Source of the DNA: a virus
Lineage: Duplodnaviria; Caudoviricetes
Strand: one strand, 5' to 3'
Length of the DNA: 64,000 nt
IMG/VR virus record: IMGVR_UViG_3300037067_008519
Coordinates: 1-64,000 of that record
Part shown: positions 1 through 10,609 of the stretch, in pieces
Layout: each line of letters opens with the position of its first letter
Numbering within the stretch: the first letter of the stretch is position 1
Notes under the pieces: generated by a model
Seen by the model: the letters and a program-made list of their open reading frames with translations, nothing else
What the model was told of the DNA's origin: nothing
Database searches by the model: none
Position numbers and translations under genes: made by a program

Positions 1-1741
1 TTGTAATGGTTTTGGATTCCTTTTCAACCTGTTTACGGCTAATGTTTACCGTTTCAGGCTCAGGCATCGGGATAACAATTTGCTCAGGCATACCTTTTTG
101 TGTTTCCTTATCTAATGCCCTATCAATTACAGCTTGCTTTGCAACTAGTGTATTCGCCATTGTTACATCAAGCGAACCCTCTAAAACTAGATGCTGAATA
201 AGCACGTTGTCGGTTTGCCCTATGCGGTGCGCTCTATCCTCAGCCTGAGTAACATTCCCAGGAGTCCAATCTAATTCCGCGAAGATAACATGGGATGCAG
301 CCGTTAAGGTTATCCCCACGCCCGCCGCAGTTATAGAACCGATGAAAACCTTAACCGTGCTATCCGTTTGGAATCTATCAACGGCGCATTGTCGGTCATT
401 TTGTGGGGTTTCGCCGGTAAAGGTTTCATAACCTATACCCTCAGAATCCAAAGCCGCTGCAATGGCGTTAATAATGTCATGATGATGTGCAAAAACAATA
501 ATCTTATCCTCAGATTCCAAAGAATCTATAATGTGTGCTATCACTAAAGGAGTTTTAGCTAATGCGGTTTCATGCCGCAGTTTTGATATCTCAGTAAATG
601 CAGCCTTTGCACCCTCGCGCAGTTCCCTAACGGCGTTTTCATAATCGGCTGGGTTATCGCTTGCCTTTGTTAATTCAACATTTGCCCTGAGTTGATCTAA
701 CCGGCCTTCTAGTTTATCCCATGCGGATTTTTCAGCCTGTATAACACCGCTGAGTCCATTAGAGGGGAGTTCAATAACCTGCCGCCGTTTTGCGGGCAAT
801 TCGGTTAAAACATCCTGCTTTAGTCTCCTAATCATCAAGTGCATTCTAAGATTCTCTTGCAGCTCATTCAAATTTGATGCTCCACTTACATTCCAGCCGT
901 AACCATCATGATAACCGTCACAGTATCGGGTAGCATATCCGGTCCATGATTTACCTATAGAATCAGGCAAAGCCGCATGGAGTATAGGCCATAGCTCTAT
1001 AGGACGGTTTACTATTGGTGTGCCTGTTAGGAATATACGCCGCTTGGCGGCTATACCCTTAATGACCTTCTCAGGGTTTTTATCCCATTTACCAAGTGTG
1101 TAATTGGTGCGCTGTGCTTTAGGATTTTTCAAGTAATGGGATTCATCAATAATAAGTAAATCCCACGTTTGGCTAGTTAGCATGGCGTGATGTTTTTTAA
1201 CAATATCATAGTTACATATGAGAATATCAGCCGTAGCGGTTGTTTTTCCGTTCATTATCTCTATTGAGCGAGGAATAACTAACCACTTGGTTAACTCATT
1301 TCGCCAGTTGATTTTGAGGGATGCAGGGCAGATAACCAGGACAGATTTAATACTGTCGTCAGCGTTGATAACTCCTATAGCTTGGATGGTTTTACCTAGT
1401 CCCATTTCGTCGGCTATCAAACAATTATTCCGCTGCATAGCATAAGCTATTCCGGCCCGCTGAAATGGCATATACTCTAAACCTTCAGGTACGGGTATTT
1501 CAATATCAGCATCAACGGCGCGGCTATCCTCTATGGCCTTATCCCGATTAGCTATAACTTCATCAAGAATTGCTTTAGCTGAATCAGTACAATAATCATA
1601 GAGCGTTGCAGCTTTAAGCGGTTGGTCAGTCCACCATTTTTTAACATCAGGATTCCACCTAAAGCCAGCATCTTTTAATGGCATACGTTCATCATACGTA
1701 GCCGTAGCTATAAAGATAGAACCGTCATAATCAATCTTCAA
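1..1741 (-). CDS. SNF2-family (HARP/SMARCAL1-like) helicase/ATPase, 3' end outside window
   Basis: Not in ORF track (no stop in window). Manual translation from TTG 1741 with AAGGAG RBS gives IADEMGLGKT (motif I), ICPASLKINW, IIDESH (motif II), FLTGTPIVNRP, GVGITLTAA and QAEDRAHRIGQ (motif VI). Confidence 0.9.
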   Translation of the reverse strand, partial: MKIDYDGSIFIATATYDERMPLKDAGFRWNPDVKKWWTDQPLKAATLYDYCTDSAKAILDEVIANRDKAIEDSRAVDADIEIPVPEGLEYMPFQRAGIAYAMQRNNCLIADEMGLGKTIQAIGVINADDSIKSVLVICPASLKINWRNELTKWLVIPRSIEIMNGKTTATADILICNYDIVKKHHAMLTSQTWDLLIIDESHYLKNPKAQRTNYTLGKWDKNPEKVIKGIAAKRRIFLTGTPIVNRPIELWPILHAALPDSIGKSWTGYATRYCDGYHDGYGWNVSGASNLNELQENLRMHLMIRRLKQDVLTELPAKRRQVIELPSNGLSGVIQAEKSAWDKLEGRLDQLRANVELTKASDNPADYENAVRELREGAKAAFTEISKLRHETALAKTPLVIAHIIDSLESEDKIIVFAHHHDIINAIAAALDSEGIGYETFTGETPQNDRQCAVDRFQTDSTVKVFIGSITAAGVGITLTAASHVIFAELDWTPGNVTQAEDRAHRIGQTDNVLIQHLVLEGSLDVTMANTLVAKQAVIDRALDKETQKGMPEQIVIPMPEPETVNISRKQVEKESKTIT

Positions 1742-2184
1742 ACCAAGCTCCTTTAAAATCTGTTACCTAACATTATTATATCATACTTGTCAAGTGTGCA
1801 AGTTAATCAAAAAATTGGCGCGGCTACGGCAAAGAATTTACTAGAATTTCTAAAGTCTCATATAAACCTTGATTATATATATCTTAGTATATCAACAGGC
1901 AAAATAGAGTAAATAACATACCCATATACCAGGATAGATAGAGGAATCAGAGAATAGATAATACATGAACATATGAACAAGTATTCATATGACATTAGGT
2001 TCATTTTTATACAGGCGGATACCTGGAAGCTACCCACAATTTACCAAACCATAATCTACCAGCACCTTTACACTTATACATTTTATAAAACATTATTTAC
2101 CAGCTTGAAAAATGGGTCTGAAAGCTACTTTTTAACAATTTCCTTAATATTCCATTAGATAACTTATATAAAACCAATATCTGG

Positions 2185-2400
2185 AAATTGGCAAAAATGA
2201 CAAAAAATGGTAAAAAATAAAGGAAAATTAGTCAAAAATGACAAAAAAGCTCCAAATAACAATAACAACAATAGTTAACAATAATTAACTCTTTAATACA
2301 TTTCCCATTAGGGGGGAATAAAGAAATCGCCCAAAAATGACCAAAAACACTACATCAATAATTAACTCTGATAACAGTAATTAACATTATTAACATTTAA
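2185..2400. repeat. Non-coding direct repeats with phased A-tracts
   Basis: CAAAAATGAC at 2192, 2233, 2332; AATAATTAACTCT at 2280, 2357; A-tracts at about 2193, 2202, 2212, 2225, 2234, 2243. Confidence 0.7.
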
Positions 2401-2870
2401 GGATGCTCTGAACAGGCACTTTACATTTTATGACATCTGATATTGCATTATGCCCTGTCTGGTCTGGTCTGGTATATATTACCAATTATAATATGATGGC
2501 TGATAATGGCTCTCAGAGCGGGTTTCGGGCATGGTGTATAATAGCAGGTAAAACAGGGCGTTTGATTCTAAGGCATCTATTAAAGGCATAGGCAGGGGTA
2601 ACCCCTATATGTATATATTACTATTAGTTAGTTAGTTTTCGTGCTTCTATAAGGCTTACACGGCGTATCACCTAATAGAATAATACTTTATTTAGCTGGC
2701 GCGGGTATTAGGTAGAAGATCAGGCAAGGCACGACCTTATAAGTAAATTCCTTCGGTGTTAGGGCAACCATATAGATAAGTTGGCTACATACAAAAAAAT
2801 ATTTTTCTATAAACAAAATGTTATATTCTCAGTCATATTTTACCATGTTAAAATTTACCATTTAATAGAC

Positions 2871-2903
2871 AAAGAAAAAGCCCAGGCTATAAAGCCCAGG
2901 CTT
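2871..2903 (-). terminator. Intrinsic terminator
   Basis: Minus strand AAGCCTGGGCT-TTAT-AGCCTGGGCTT (two G-U pairs) plus T-rich tail, just after the 2921 stop. Confidence 0.7.
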
Positions 2904-2920
2904 AATCTTATTAACTAATG

Positions 2921-3139
2921 CTATGCAGCCACCAGAGTATGAGTATTATTATACGCTGCCTTTGCTAGTGCTTTCATGCTTTCAACTTCATTAACAGGTA
3001 GGTCAACAAAGCCTTTGTTAGTCTTTCTTTGCAGGGGAATAATCCTTGTGCTACCATCGGGCATTACAATGTAAGTACACGCTGCAATTTCCTGTTTTTG
3101 GAATCCTTGTTTCCTTGCAATACTCTTACGCATTTTCAA
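2921..3139 (-). CDS. Hypothetical protein
   Basis: ORF overlaps upstream gene stop and is followed by a terminator. Confidence 0.6.
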   Translation of the reverse strand: MKMRKSIARKQGFQKQEIAACTYIVMPDGSTRIIPLQRKTNKGFVDLPVNEVESMKALAKAAYNNTHTLVAA

Positions 3140-3471
3140 ACCCCTTTCTCAAACGACGCCAATTCACTACCAAAGAACGAATCATAAAGACATACTTTAT
3201 AACTTTGGTTAGATTCCCACGCAATTAATCCCTTAAAAGATTCTAATAGGTTAAAGGCTTTCCAGTGATAATCAGCAATATCAGGATTCGGAGGGAATGA
3301 CCATGATTCCTCTACAAGCCAATTAGGGGAATAGATAGACAGGTCATAGATAGCTCCCATGTTTTGCAATTCTTCAATATTCATTCCTTTAGCTTCCCAT
3401 GCCCTGTTTGCATCGTCCCATGCAGCCGCTTCTATACGGGTGACAGCCTTAATCAATTCGTTATAGGTCAT
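3136..3471 (-). CDS. Hypothetical protein
   Basis: ATG with AGGAGG RBS; packed operon. Confidence 0.7.
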   Translation of the reverse strand: MTYNELIKAVTRIEAAAWDDANRAWEAKGMNIEELQNMGAIYDLSIYSPNWLVEESWSFPPNPDIADYHWKAFNLLESFKGLIAWESNQSYKVCLYDSFFGSELASFEKGV

Positions 3472-3475
3472 TGTG

Positions 3476-3709
3476 CTATCGCCTCCTTAGCTGGCCTTTG
3501 GTGAATCCCTTATACACTTTGACCAATGGAATAGTGTAGCCACAACAACCGCATTCTAAGATCAGGATATTATTTAACAAAGAGGGTTCAGAGAATATTG
3601 GTGTCATTGTTCCAATATGACCTTCACGTAAACAATGCGGGCAGGGGTGAATATTAGGGGTTAGTCCAGCATTCGCCTTTTCAAACCAATCCAGTAAATC
3701 AAAATTCAT
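3476..3709 (-). CDS. Small zinc-ribbon-like protein
   Basis: CPHC and CGCCG motifs; AGGAGG RBS. Confidence 0.65.
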   Translation of the reverse strand: MNFDLLDWFEKANAGLTPNIHPCPHCLREGHIGTMTPIFSEPSLLNNILILECGCCGYTIPLVKVYKGFTKGQLRRR

Positions 3710-3712
3710 AAG

Positions 3713-3883
3713 CTATACCTCCTCATATTCATCATTTACCTCTATGTAATAATTACCTTGATTATCCTTTTGCAATTCAAAGTAAAAATCACGCCATTTA
3801 ATCACATCCTTATATTTAGGTGTTACGTTGATAAGTGCGATAATTTCATTATTACAGCGTACTTCCACTTTGATTTCATGCAT
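3713..3883 (-). CDS. Hypothetical protein (56 aa, below ORF-track cutoff)
   Basis: Manual translation MHEIKVEVRCNNEII...YEEV*; GAAGGA RBS; abuts next gene. Confidence 0.55.
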   Translation of the reverse strand: MHEIKVEVRCNNEIIALINVTPKYKDVIKWRDFYFELQKDNQGNYYIEVNDEYEEV

Positions 3884-4062
3884 GACAAAATCCTTCCACT
3901 AATGGTAATATTTTCCACTATATATTTACACTATATACCTATCGTGTATTGCCCGGCGGTTGAGCCCTTGCGTACCTCCTAGATATTTCCAAGATGCCGC
4001 CGGTGCTGCCGCGCTGTTCCGGGCAAACCGTATAAGATTATCAATGTTCTATTGTATCTTTA

Positions 4063-4091
4063 ATTTTAGATTATTTTATTCCAGTATGCAA
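4063..4091 (-). promoter_or_regulatory. Sigma70-type promoter
   Basis: TTGCAT-N17-TAAAAT on minus strand upstream of the 3883-2921 operon. Confidence 0.55.
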
Positions 4092-4346
4092 TACTTTTTC
4101 CCAAGAGAGTAAACAAAAGATAACAAACAATATTTTCCAGTTAAATTTTTCCAGGTCTAATATATGATAATTTGGTATAAGATGCCCCGGTTTCTTATTC
4201 CCGATGTTTTATCTATACCTAAAAGCTTAAGGGGGTAATCACACACTTCTGAGCAGCATAAATACTCCTATTCTCAGTCAAGGAAAAACCAAAAATCACA
4301 AAATATATGACCTGATTAAACCTTCTAATTGATTCAATTTGTGACC

Positions 4347-4435
4347 TGAATATTTACTGTATAGGATATATTTACTGTGTAGTGAATATATTAATTTTGG
4401 TGAATATTGTTTATACTTGAATATTTTAAGTACCT
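4347..4435. repeat. Degenerate ~18-bp tandem array (5 units)
   Basis: TGAATAT at 4347, 4383, 4401, 4418 with a variant unit at 4365; ATATTTACTGT at 4350 and 4368. Confidence 0.6.
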
Positions 4436-4907
4436 AAGAGAAAAAATATATGGGGAATAGTCTAAAAAGGAATGTTCTCAGGCTAGTTTTTATAATACCC
4501 CCACCGGGGGTCGGTAGGGGTAAGTAGATTCGATTCTGAGCGAATCTTACAAAGGTATACCTTTGTAAATATCTTCTATCGGTTAAAAGGTAATGATTAC
4601 TATCAGTTATTAATAAGTATTAATAATTTCATTCTTATACGTTGTTTTTTCTAAAAACTCTTCTTAACTTACTTTTTATTTTTTCCATCGGAGTTAGTAT
4701 TAAATCTAATCCTTCTCCTTCCATAAAACCCCACCAAAGACTTTTATAATCTACCGCGCCGCAAGATGGGCAGAAAAATTTATAAATAAGGCTGTATTCA
4801 TCTGTTCCTTGATATGAATAAAACAAATCTTTTCCTTTCCCCTCCCACCCGCAATCACAACTAACTGGTCTTAACGGATGATAAAAAAATTCTCCTCTTT
4901 GAAAACT

Positions 4908-5252
4908 TTAGGGAGTAATATCTCTAGCGAGGTTTAGCACTTCATCGGGAGAACAGCGAAGCCTAGCCATAGGCACATCTCCCCCATAGGACCACTCCAC
5001 GGATAGTATCGCTTTGCGATCTCTTGCAATCATTCTTGATAGGCACCTTACAAACGCGATAAGTTCTCGGCTTCCTCCGTTTACCGTAAAGTATACATAG
5101 GCAAAGCCATCATCTAAGTCGCACTCACACGCACTCAGTGTTATAGCGTTCTCATACGTATTAAGTGCTTCAACGAGCGGGGCGATGCCTCGATCAACGT
5201 AAGCATTCACTTTTATCGGGATTTCAATGTGTGCCATCAGGCAGAACCTCAT
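4908..5252 (-). CDS. Hypothetical protein
   Basis: 114 aa ORF with VDRGIAPLVEALN...TLSACE; locally higher GC. Confidence 0.65.
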   Translation of the reverse strand: MRFCLMAHIEIPIKVNAYVDRGIAPLVEALNTYENAITLSACECDLDDGFAYVYFTVNGGSRELIAFVRCLSRMIARDRKAILSVEWSYGGDVPMARLRCSPDEVLNLARDITP

Positions 5253-5301
5253 TTAAACTGACCCACTACCAAACTTTCAGTCAATCCTAATTCCATCAAA
5301 A

Positions 5302-5505
5302 TTACAACTCCTCTAACAATTGAAATAAAAACCTCTTTATTGTATCTAAATCAATGTCGAAAATTGTTAGACTCACTAATTCATTTGTATTTTCATCTCT
5401 ATGAGCCACAACCTTATCCGAAAGATCATAACCTACACAGGGAGAATTTTCTTCAGCTACTAAAATCCAAAGGATTTCATGTTCTTTATCATAGTCTATT
5501 CTCAT
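5302..5505 (-). CDS. DUF2283-like small protein
   Basis: N-terminal MRIDYDKEHEILWI and acidic 67 aa size fit the DUF2283 pattern. Confidence 0.55.
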   Translation of the reverse strand: MRIDYDKEHEILWILVAEENSPCVGYDLSDKVVAHRDENTNELVSLTIFDIDLDTIKRFLFQLLEEL

Positions 5506-5515
5506 TTTTTACCCC

Positions 5516-6004
5516 TTAACTAAAAATAAGATTCTCTTTTAAGCTAGCAGCAAGTCTTAGACCTTCAATAAATTGTTTAGTAGTTTCTTCATAAGTTCTT
5601 CCCCGTGGCCCGCCGTCCCCGGCTATTTTCATCGAGGGTAGTAAGTATTCAAGCCTATTGGCAATTGCTTCGCAATCCTCCCAAGCTATCTCCCCTTCAC
5701 AATCCGAGTGGTTTAGGAGTATTTGTAGTGGATCATCATTCTCGGGCCACGGTTCTGCTTCGTTTCTTGATTTATACCACCTAGGATTGTTTGTATCCCA
5801 ACTTTCGCATTTAGAACATACCATAGGACGTTGATAATCCCAATATCCCTCATAGACTTCTAAATCTCCATAACCAGATACTTCAGCTAGTTTGCGCCGC
5901 CAGCGCATAAAGGCCGAATAAGCGCCGTCCCAAGCTCCGTGCGAAACATTAAGCCCCATTATCTTCTCCCTCCAAAATATCTGATTGAAGTTCATACCAA
6001 GCAT
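5516..6004 (-). CDS. Hypothetical protein (true start probably MGLNVSH)
   Basis: LLNHSDCEGEI motif; GGAGG RBS before the internal ATG. Confidence 0.7.
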   Translation of the reverse strand: MLGMNFNQIFWREKIMGLNVSHGAWDGAYSAFMRWRRKLAEVSGYGDLEVYEGYWDYQRPMVCSKCESWDTNNPRWYKSRNEAEPWPENDDPLQILLNHSDCEGEIAWEDCEAIANRLEYLLPSMKIAGDGGPRGRTYEETTKQFIEGLRLAASLKENLIFS

Positions 6005-6108
6005 CTAAGATTCTGTCCATCTTAGCTCGGCGGCTGGCGGGGGAGACATTAAGGATTTCTTTAATTCCTATTTCTATAATATTATCTAGTTCTCTTAGTA
6101 GCTCTTTT

Positions 6109-6591
6109 TTATTCATAATCTGGGTCATCCTTAAAATATTCTTTTTCCATTTCCCAAAGACTGTTTATACAATCCTTCAACATTTGCGCGGCCTCGTCTG
6201 GTGAAACCTGTCGATTAATACTCATACCTCTCCCGAGATACTTGTACCAAGAAACTTCTATATTCTTATATTTAAAATTAAAAGATTGTCCCTCAGTACA
6301 AAATTTGCAATAATCACCATATTCAATGTTGGCTTTTGGATCATCATATTCACAGCCACTACAAGGATCAGACCAATCATAAGCATGAACTTCAAATATG
6401 TTATTTTTAAATCCTGTTACATTGCCTGTATTACCAAAAGGGTTTTCAAAATCTTTCCCTAGATTTAACATTACTCTTTTTAGCTCATTACTAATAAAAG
6501 ATAAATGAGATTCAATGTAATCTGGACATTCTATCTCTTGCCAAGGCTGACCAAAAACAGCTTGCCCCAATTCTGGTTCATACTCTTTCAT
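6109..6591 (-). CDS. Hypothetical protein
   Basis: 160 aa; YEPELGQAVFG and WYKYLGRGM motifs; GGAGGAG RBS. Confidence 0.75.
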   Translation of the reverse strand: MKEYEPELGQAVFGQPWQEIECPDYIESHLSFISNELKRVMLNLGKDFENPFGNTGNVTGFKNNIFEVHAYDWSDPCSGCEYDDPKANIEYGDYCKFCTEGQSFNFKYKNIEVSWYKYLGRGMSINRQVSPDEAAQMLKDCINSLWEMEKEYFKDDPDYE

Positions 6592-7296
6592 CTCTCCTCC
6601 TCCAATATCTTAATCAAGACAGAACCCACAGCATCCTCTGGACAAACAAAGTGAATATCATTTTCGTTCGACCAATATTTAACAGTTCTCCCTGGAAATC
6701 TTTTATCTTCTTCCTTTATATTATCTGCCCAGCAAACCCAGCCTAATATTTGATCACGGCGAAGGTTTATATCTGGATATCCCTGATTTATTATCTCTTC
6801 CAGCATTGATCCTGCTTCATAAAATCCACTATCAGGAGATTTGTTCCAAATATCATAATATCCTAAAAAATTTAAACGTTTATAAATATCATAATCAATC
6901 ATTTTATTCTCTCCACTTCTCCAGTTCTAAAATTTACATAACCCCAAGGAAAAACTTTCTCGCCCACTTTAACAAAACATTCTGCCCAATAATATTCACC
7001 TGGATAAGTGTAACAACTAACAAATTCTTTCCTAGCAAAGTTCTCACAGGTTTTTTGTTCCCTATAACTTAGACCCCAAGTTCTTTTCAATTTGTTACTC
7101 CTATTTTTAAGATGCTATTATCTTATTCCATTCCAATTCATATTCATTGATAGCTTCTTTCAACTCTTGATAGGCAGACCATTCTACTTCTTCTTTATGA
7201 TGTTCCTGCAGGCAAGAATCATCCGATTTTCTGATATAATTTTTCTCTCTAAAAGCATCTATAAAACCCATACAAGAATTATAAACTCTTTGAAAT

Positions 7297-7737
7297 TCAA
7301 CCACTTTTTAAACTCCTTTTAATTTGTTTAAAAAACCATTTAATTCTTTTTTTATAAGAAACCCCATGATAAGCATAAAACCATTTATGTTTAAAATCCC
7401 TTCTCCATTCCTGCCACTTCCAAGCTAAATTTTTCTCTGGATCTGGAAGAAGCCCATCCCGTAAAATATTACTTGCCTTTTGTAATTTCTTTTCCATCCT
7501 GCGCCATGTTCTATCAGTCATAAAATCATATCCGTGAAATTTATAAATCTCACCTGCTAACCTTTGTAGCATCCTTGTTTCATGTAGTTTGCCGCCGATT
7601 TCTATGCACCCTTTCCCCTCGCAATACCCGCATTCATACCAAGGACCAGAACCATCATCTAAGATAACTTCTTTCTCTCCACCAGATCCATGACATATAG
7701 GTCCATGACATATAGGACAAGGAAAATACTTACTCAT
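7297..7737 (-). CDS. Zinc-finger (CxxCxGxG-type) protein
   Basis: CPICHG and CGYCEGKG. Confidence 0.6.
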   Translation of the reverse strand: MSKYFPCPICHGPICHGSGGEKEVILDDGSGPWYECGYCEGKGCIEIGGKLHETRMLQRLAGEIYKFHGYDFMTDRTWRRMEKKLQKASNILRDGLLPDPEKNLAWKWQEWRRDFKHKWFYAYHGVSYKKRIKWFFKQIKRSLKSG

Positions 7738-7957
7738 TCTTCTTCTTCTACCATATTTTCTACTTCAAAAAGAACAAAATAAAAACAACGTGTAGTAGTA
7801 AGAGAAACACCATCCTCTTTACATATTCCAAATAATTTTTTTGCAATGTCACAACAATTAAGTATCCTACAATTTAAACAAAGACATTCTTCTTTTCTTA
7901 TTTTGTCTGTTACTGTGTTAGTCCATACATATCTGTCATAATGCTTTTCAAGTTTAA

Positions 7958-8209
7958 TCATTTTTTATCTACCCCCTTTCTGGCTTTTGCTAAGGCACCA
8001 GCATTACCTTTAACTTTTTTCTTAGGCATACAAGGGTCTTTCTTTCCCATTCTGTAAGGATACAGAGGACAATCCCAACCAATAAAACATTCAGCTACTT
8101 CTTTTTGGTTCCCACAACTACAGTCAAGACACTTTAGTCTTATAGCCCGTAGTGGGGGGTGGGCGCTTCTATCAATGCCTTTTTCATCTTTAAACTTTAT
8201 TATTGCCAT
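7958..8209 (-). CDS. Small Cys-rich protein
   Basis: AIRLKCLDCS...CPLYPYRMGK; basic tail. Confidence 0.65.
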   Translation of the reverse strand: MAIIKFKDEKGIDRSAHPPLRAIRLKCLDCSCGNQKEVAECFIGWDCPLYPYRMGKKDPCMPKKKVKGNAGALAKARKGVDKK

Positions 8210-10609
8210 TTCTATTCCTCAGAACATTCTTCTAAATCAGTAAGAACAGTGAGTTTTGCTTTTTCTAATGCTCCTATAATTTGTAATGGTCTGCCTTGAT
8301 AAAGAAAAGTAGCTCCCTCAATTCCATCATTTTCATAGATAAAAACAGTAGCGCTACCAACTATTCTATCTCCTTCTTTTAAATCATCAATGCATTGTTC
8401 AAACAATCCAAAAGCGATTTCTGTAGGATCAAAATTAAGTTCCTCTGAATCCATTCCTTTCCCCTTTCTACCTAGAAATTGATTAATAACCCCTATGCTG
8501 CTCTGTGATTCTTCTTGGGTGAAGTTCGCAGCTTTTCCCTTTGCCTGTAAAGATTATATCTATACCTAAACCAAGAAGCAATACCTGAGCAAGCCTGGAT
8601 TTTTTTGTCAACTGCTTTTAATAAAATTGATCTCATTTTTTATTTTTATCCATTCATCCTCGACCCATCAGGGCCGAAGACCCAACCGTTGGGGGGCATT
8701 AGTGGGTGTCCTCCACCTTGATTCGGGGCTCATATCCCCAGCTATGGTTGTCGCCCTTGCCGCTGCACGGCACGATGCGTCGAAGCCAGATAAGCGGTGT
8801 CTTGTCAGTTAGCGGCCCCCTTACCTCGATGCTAATTTCCCGGTTGTCGGCTTTAATCCCGGCCTGAAACCATTTGGCAAACCTGTCTGAACACTCGAAG
8901 CTAATCGTTACTCGTTTCACCCTTCCCCACCTCCCTCTTTGAGGATTGCTGAGAGTTCACAGTCGGGGGCGTGGCCTTCATCCTGCGTGTTTTTGCAAAT
9001 GCGGCAGAATAACTTGGCATCGAAAAAGTCCTCAAACCATTCACATTCCCTCAGCAACGCCACGGCCTTATCGCGTTGGGATTCGGCTGCTTTGAGTTCG
9101 GCTTCAGCTTGGTCAAGCATATTGCCTAGTTCTTTTGCCCCCGTGCCATTGGCTATGTAGGTGCATCGGTCGGTCCATAAATCCCTCTCCCCCTCCAATT
9201 TGGCTATAAGAGCTTGGGCGGCGGAGAGTTGGCGGTTGTATAACTGCAACTGCTCGATGTAGTCCTTCCTAATTCGCCGCTCCACTTCGCCCCTGCAATC
9301 GGGTCTGTGTCCGGGGCTTTCAGCTCCACAATGGGGACAAACTTTTAACATCATCCATCTCCCTCTATGGCTTGGCGGGCCATCAGTTCGATTCCATCCT
9401 CTTGCCTAAACCGAGCCTCTTTTTGAATCTCCCCTAACGCCTCCCTATATCGCTTGTTGGTGGCTTCTAATTCAGCTATATAAGCGCTGGCGGCAGAGAG
9501 CCGAACATTTTCAGCCCAGCATCCATCCATCCACTCACACCCCCCTCAGCTTGGCGAGGAGCGCCGGGGCCTCATCGTAAACATCTCGTATAGCAGCCGC
9601 ATGGCCTCGGCCGGAACACACGGCTTCCCTTGCCCTGGCTTCCCAAACCATCACCCTCATATGGGTTTCCCCCAACAGCTCGGTCTTTTCGGCCAAGTGG
9701 GCGCGAAGCATATTAATTTCAGACTCCGCTTCGGCAATCCTCTGCAGTATACAATGACAGGCATAGTGCTCTGTGTCGCACGGTTCTCCCTCGATTTTTG
9801 GTAGTCGCGGTTGGGCAAGGAGAATTTCTGAAGTCTTATTAGCTTCCTTTAATTGCTCTTCCAATTTTGATATTTGAGCATCATATTTCCGCTCACAATC
9901 GCAACACTCGCAGAAACCATCTTCAGTAAATATTTGATATTCATCGAAATCATCTCTTTCACAGCTTTCACATCTCATCCCAATCACTTCCCACAATATT
10001 CTGGATCATCATACTCGGTACATCCACAAGCGAATTCCAAATCATCTTTTCTTTTTAATCTCATATTATTTAGTTCGGCAACCTGCGGGAAATATCCTTT
10101 ACTACAGTAAGCATAAATTTCATCATCTAAAACAGAAGTCTTACAGCTATAACACCAATAGCAACTCTTTTCATCTTCAAATAATCTTACATCCATATTC
10201 TCTGCTATCTTATTCCTCTTTCTTGCTAATTCTTCTTTCCTTTTCCGCTTAGTGGCTTCTTCCTCAGAACTTAATTTAGTCACTACCTGCCTCTCTTTCC
10301 AAAGTATATTCCCCATTCCATAGGATTTACTATTAAAGAAAATTTATAACAATCAATACAATAATCCTTGGATTTATCGTGCGGTTCTACTCTAGTATGA
10401 CACCGTTTGCATTTCAAAGTTCTTTTTTCCAATCTCTTCTCTCGTTTGCTTTTTTTCTTTTGAATTATTTCTTTAGTCATTTATCCATTGCTTTCATACA
10501 TTTAGAACAATAACTCTGACCAATACAAAGCTTTCCACATGATAAACAATGCCTTCTACAATATCTCTTCTTTGTTAGTCTTTTTGTCTTTAACCGCATT
10601 TTATTCCTC

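Noticed and set aside
2185-4435. CRISPR array
   Set aside because: Repeats are short, degenerate and lack regular unique spacers.
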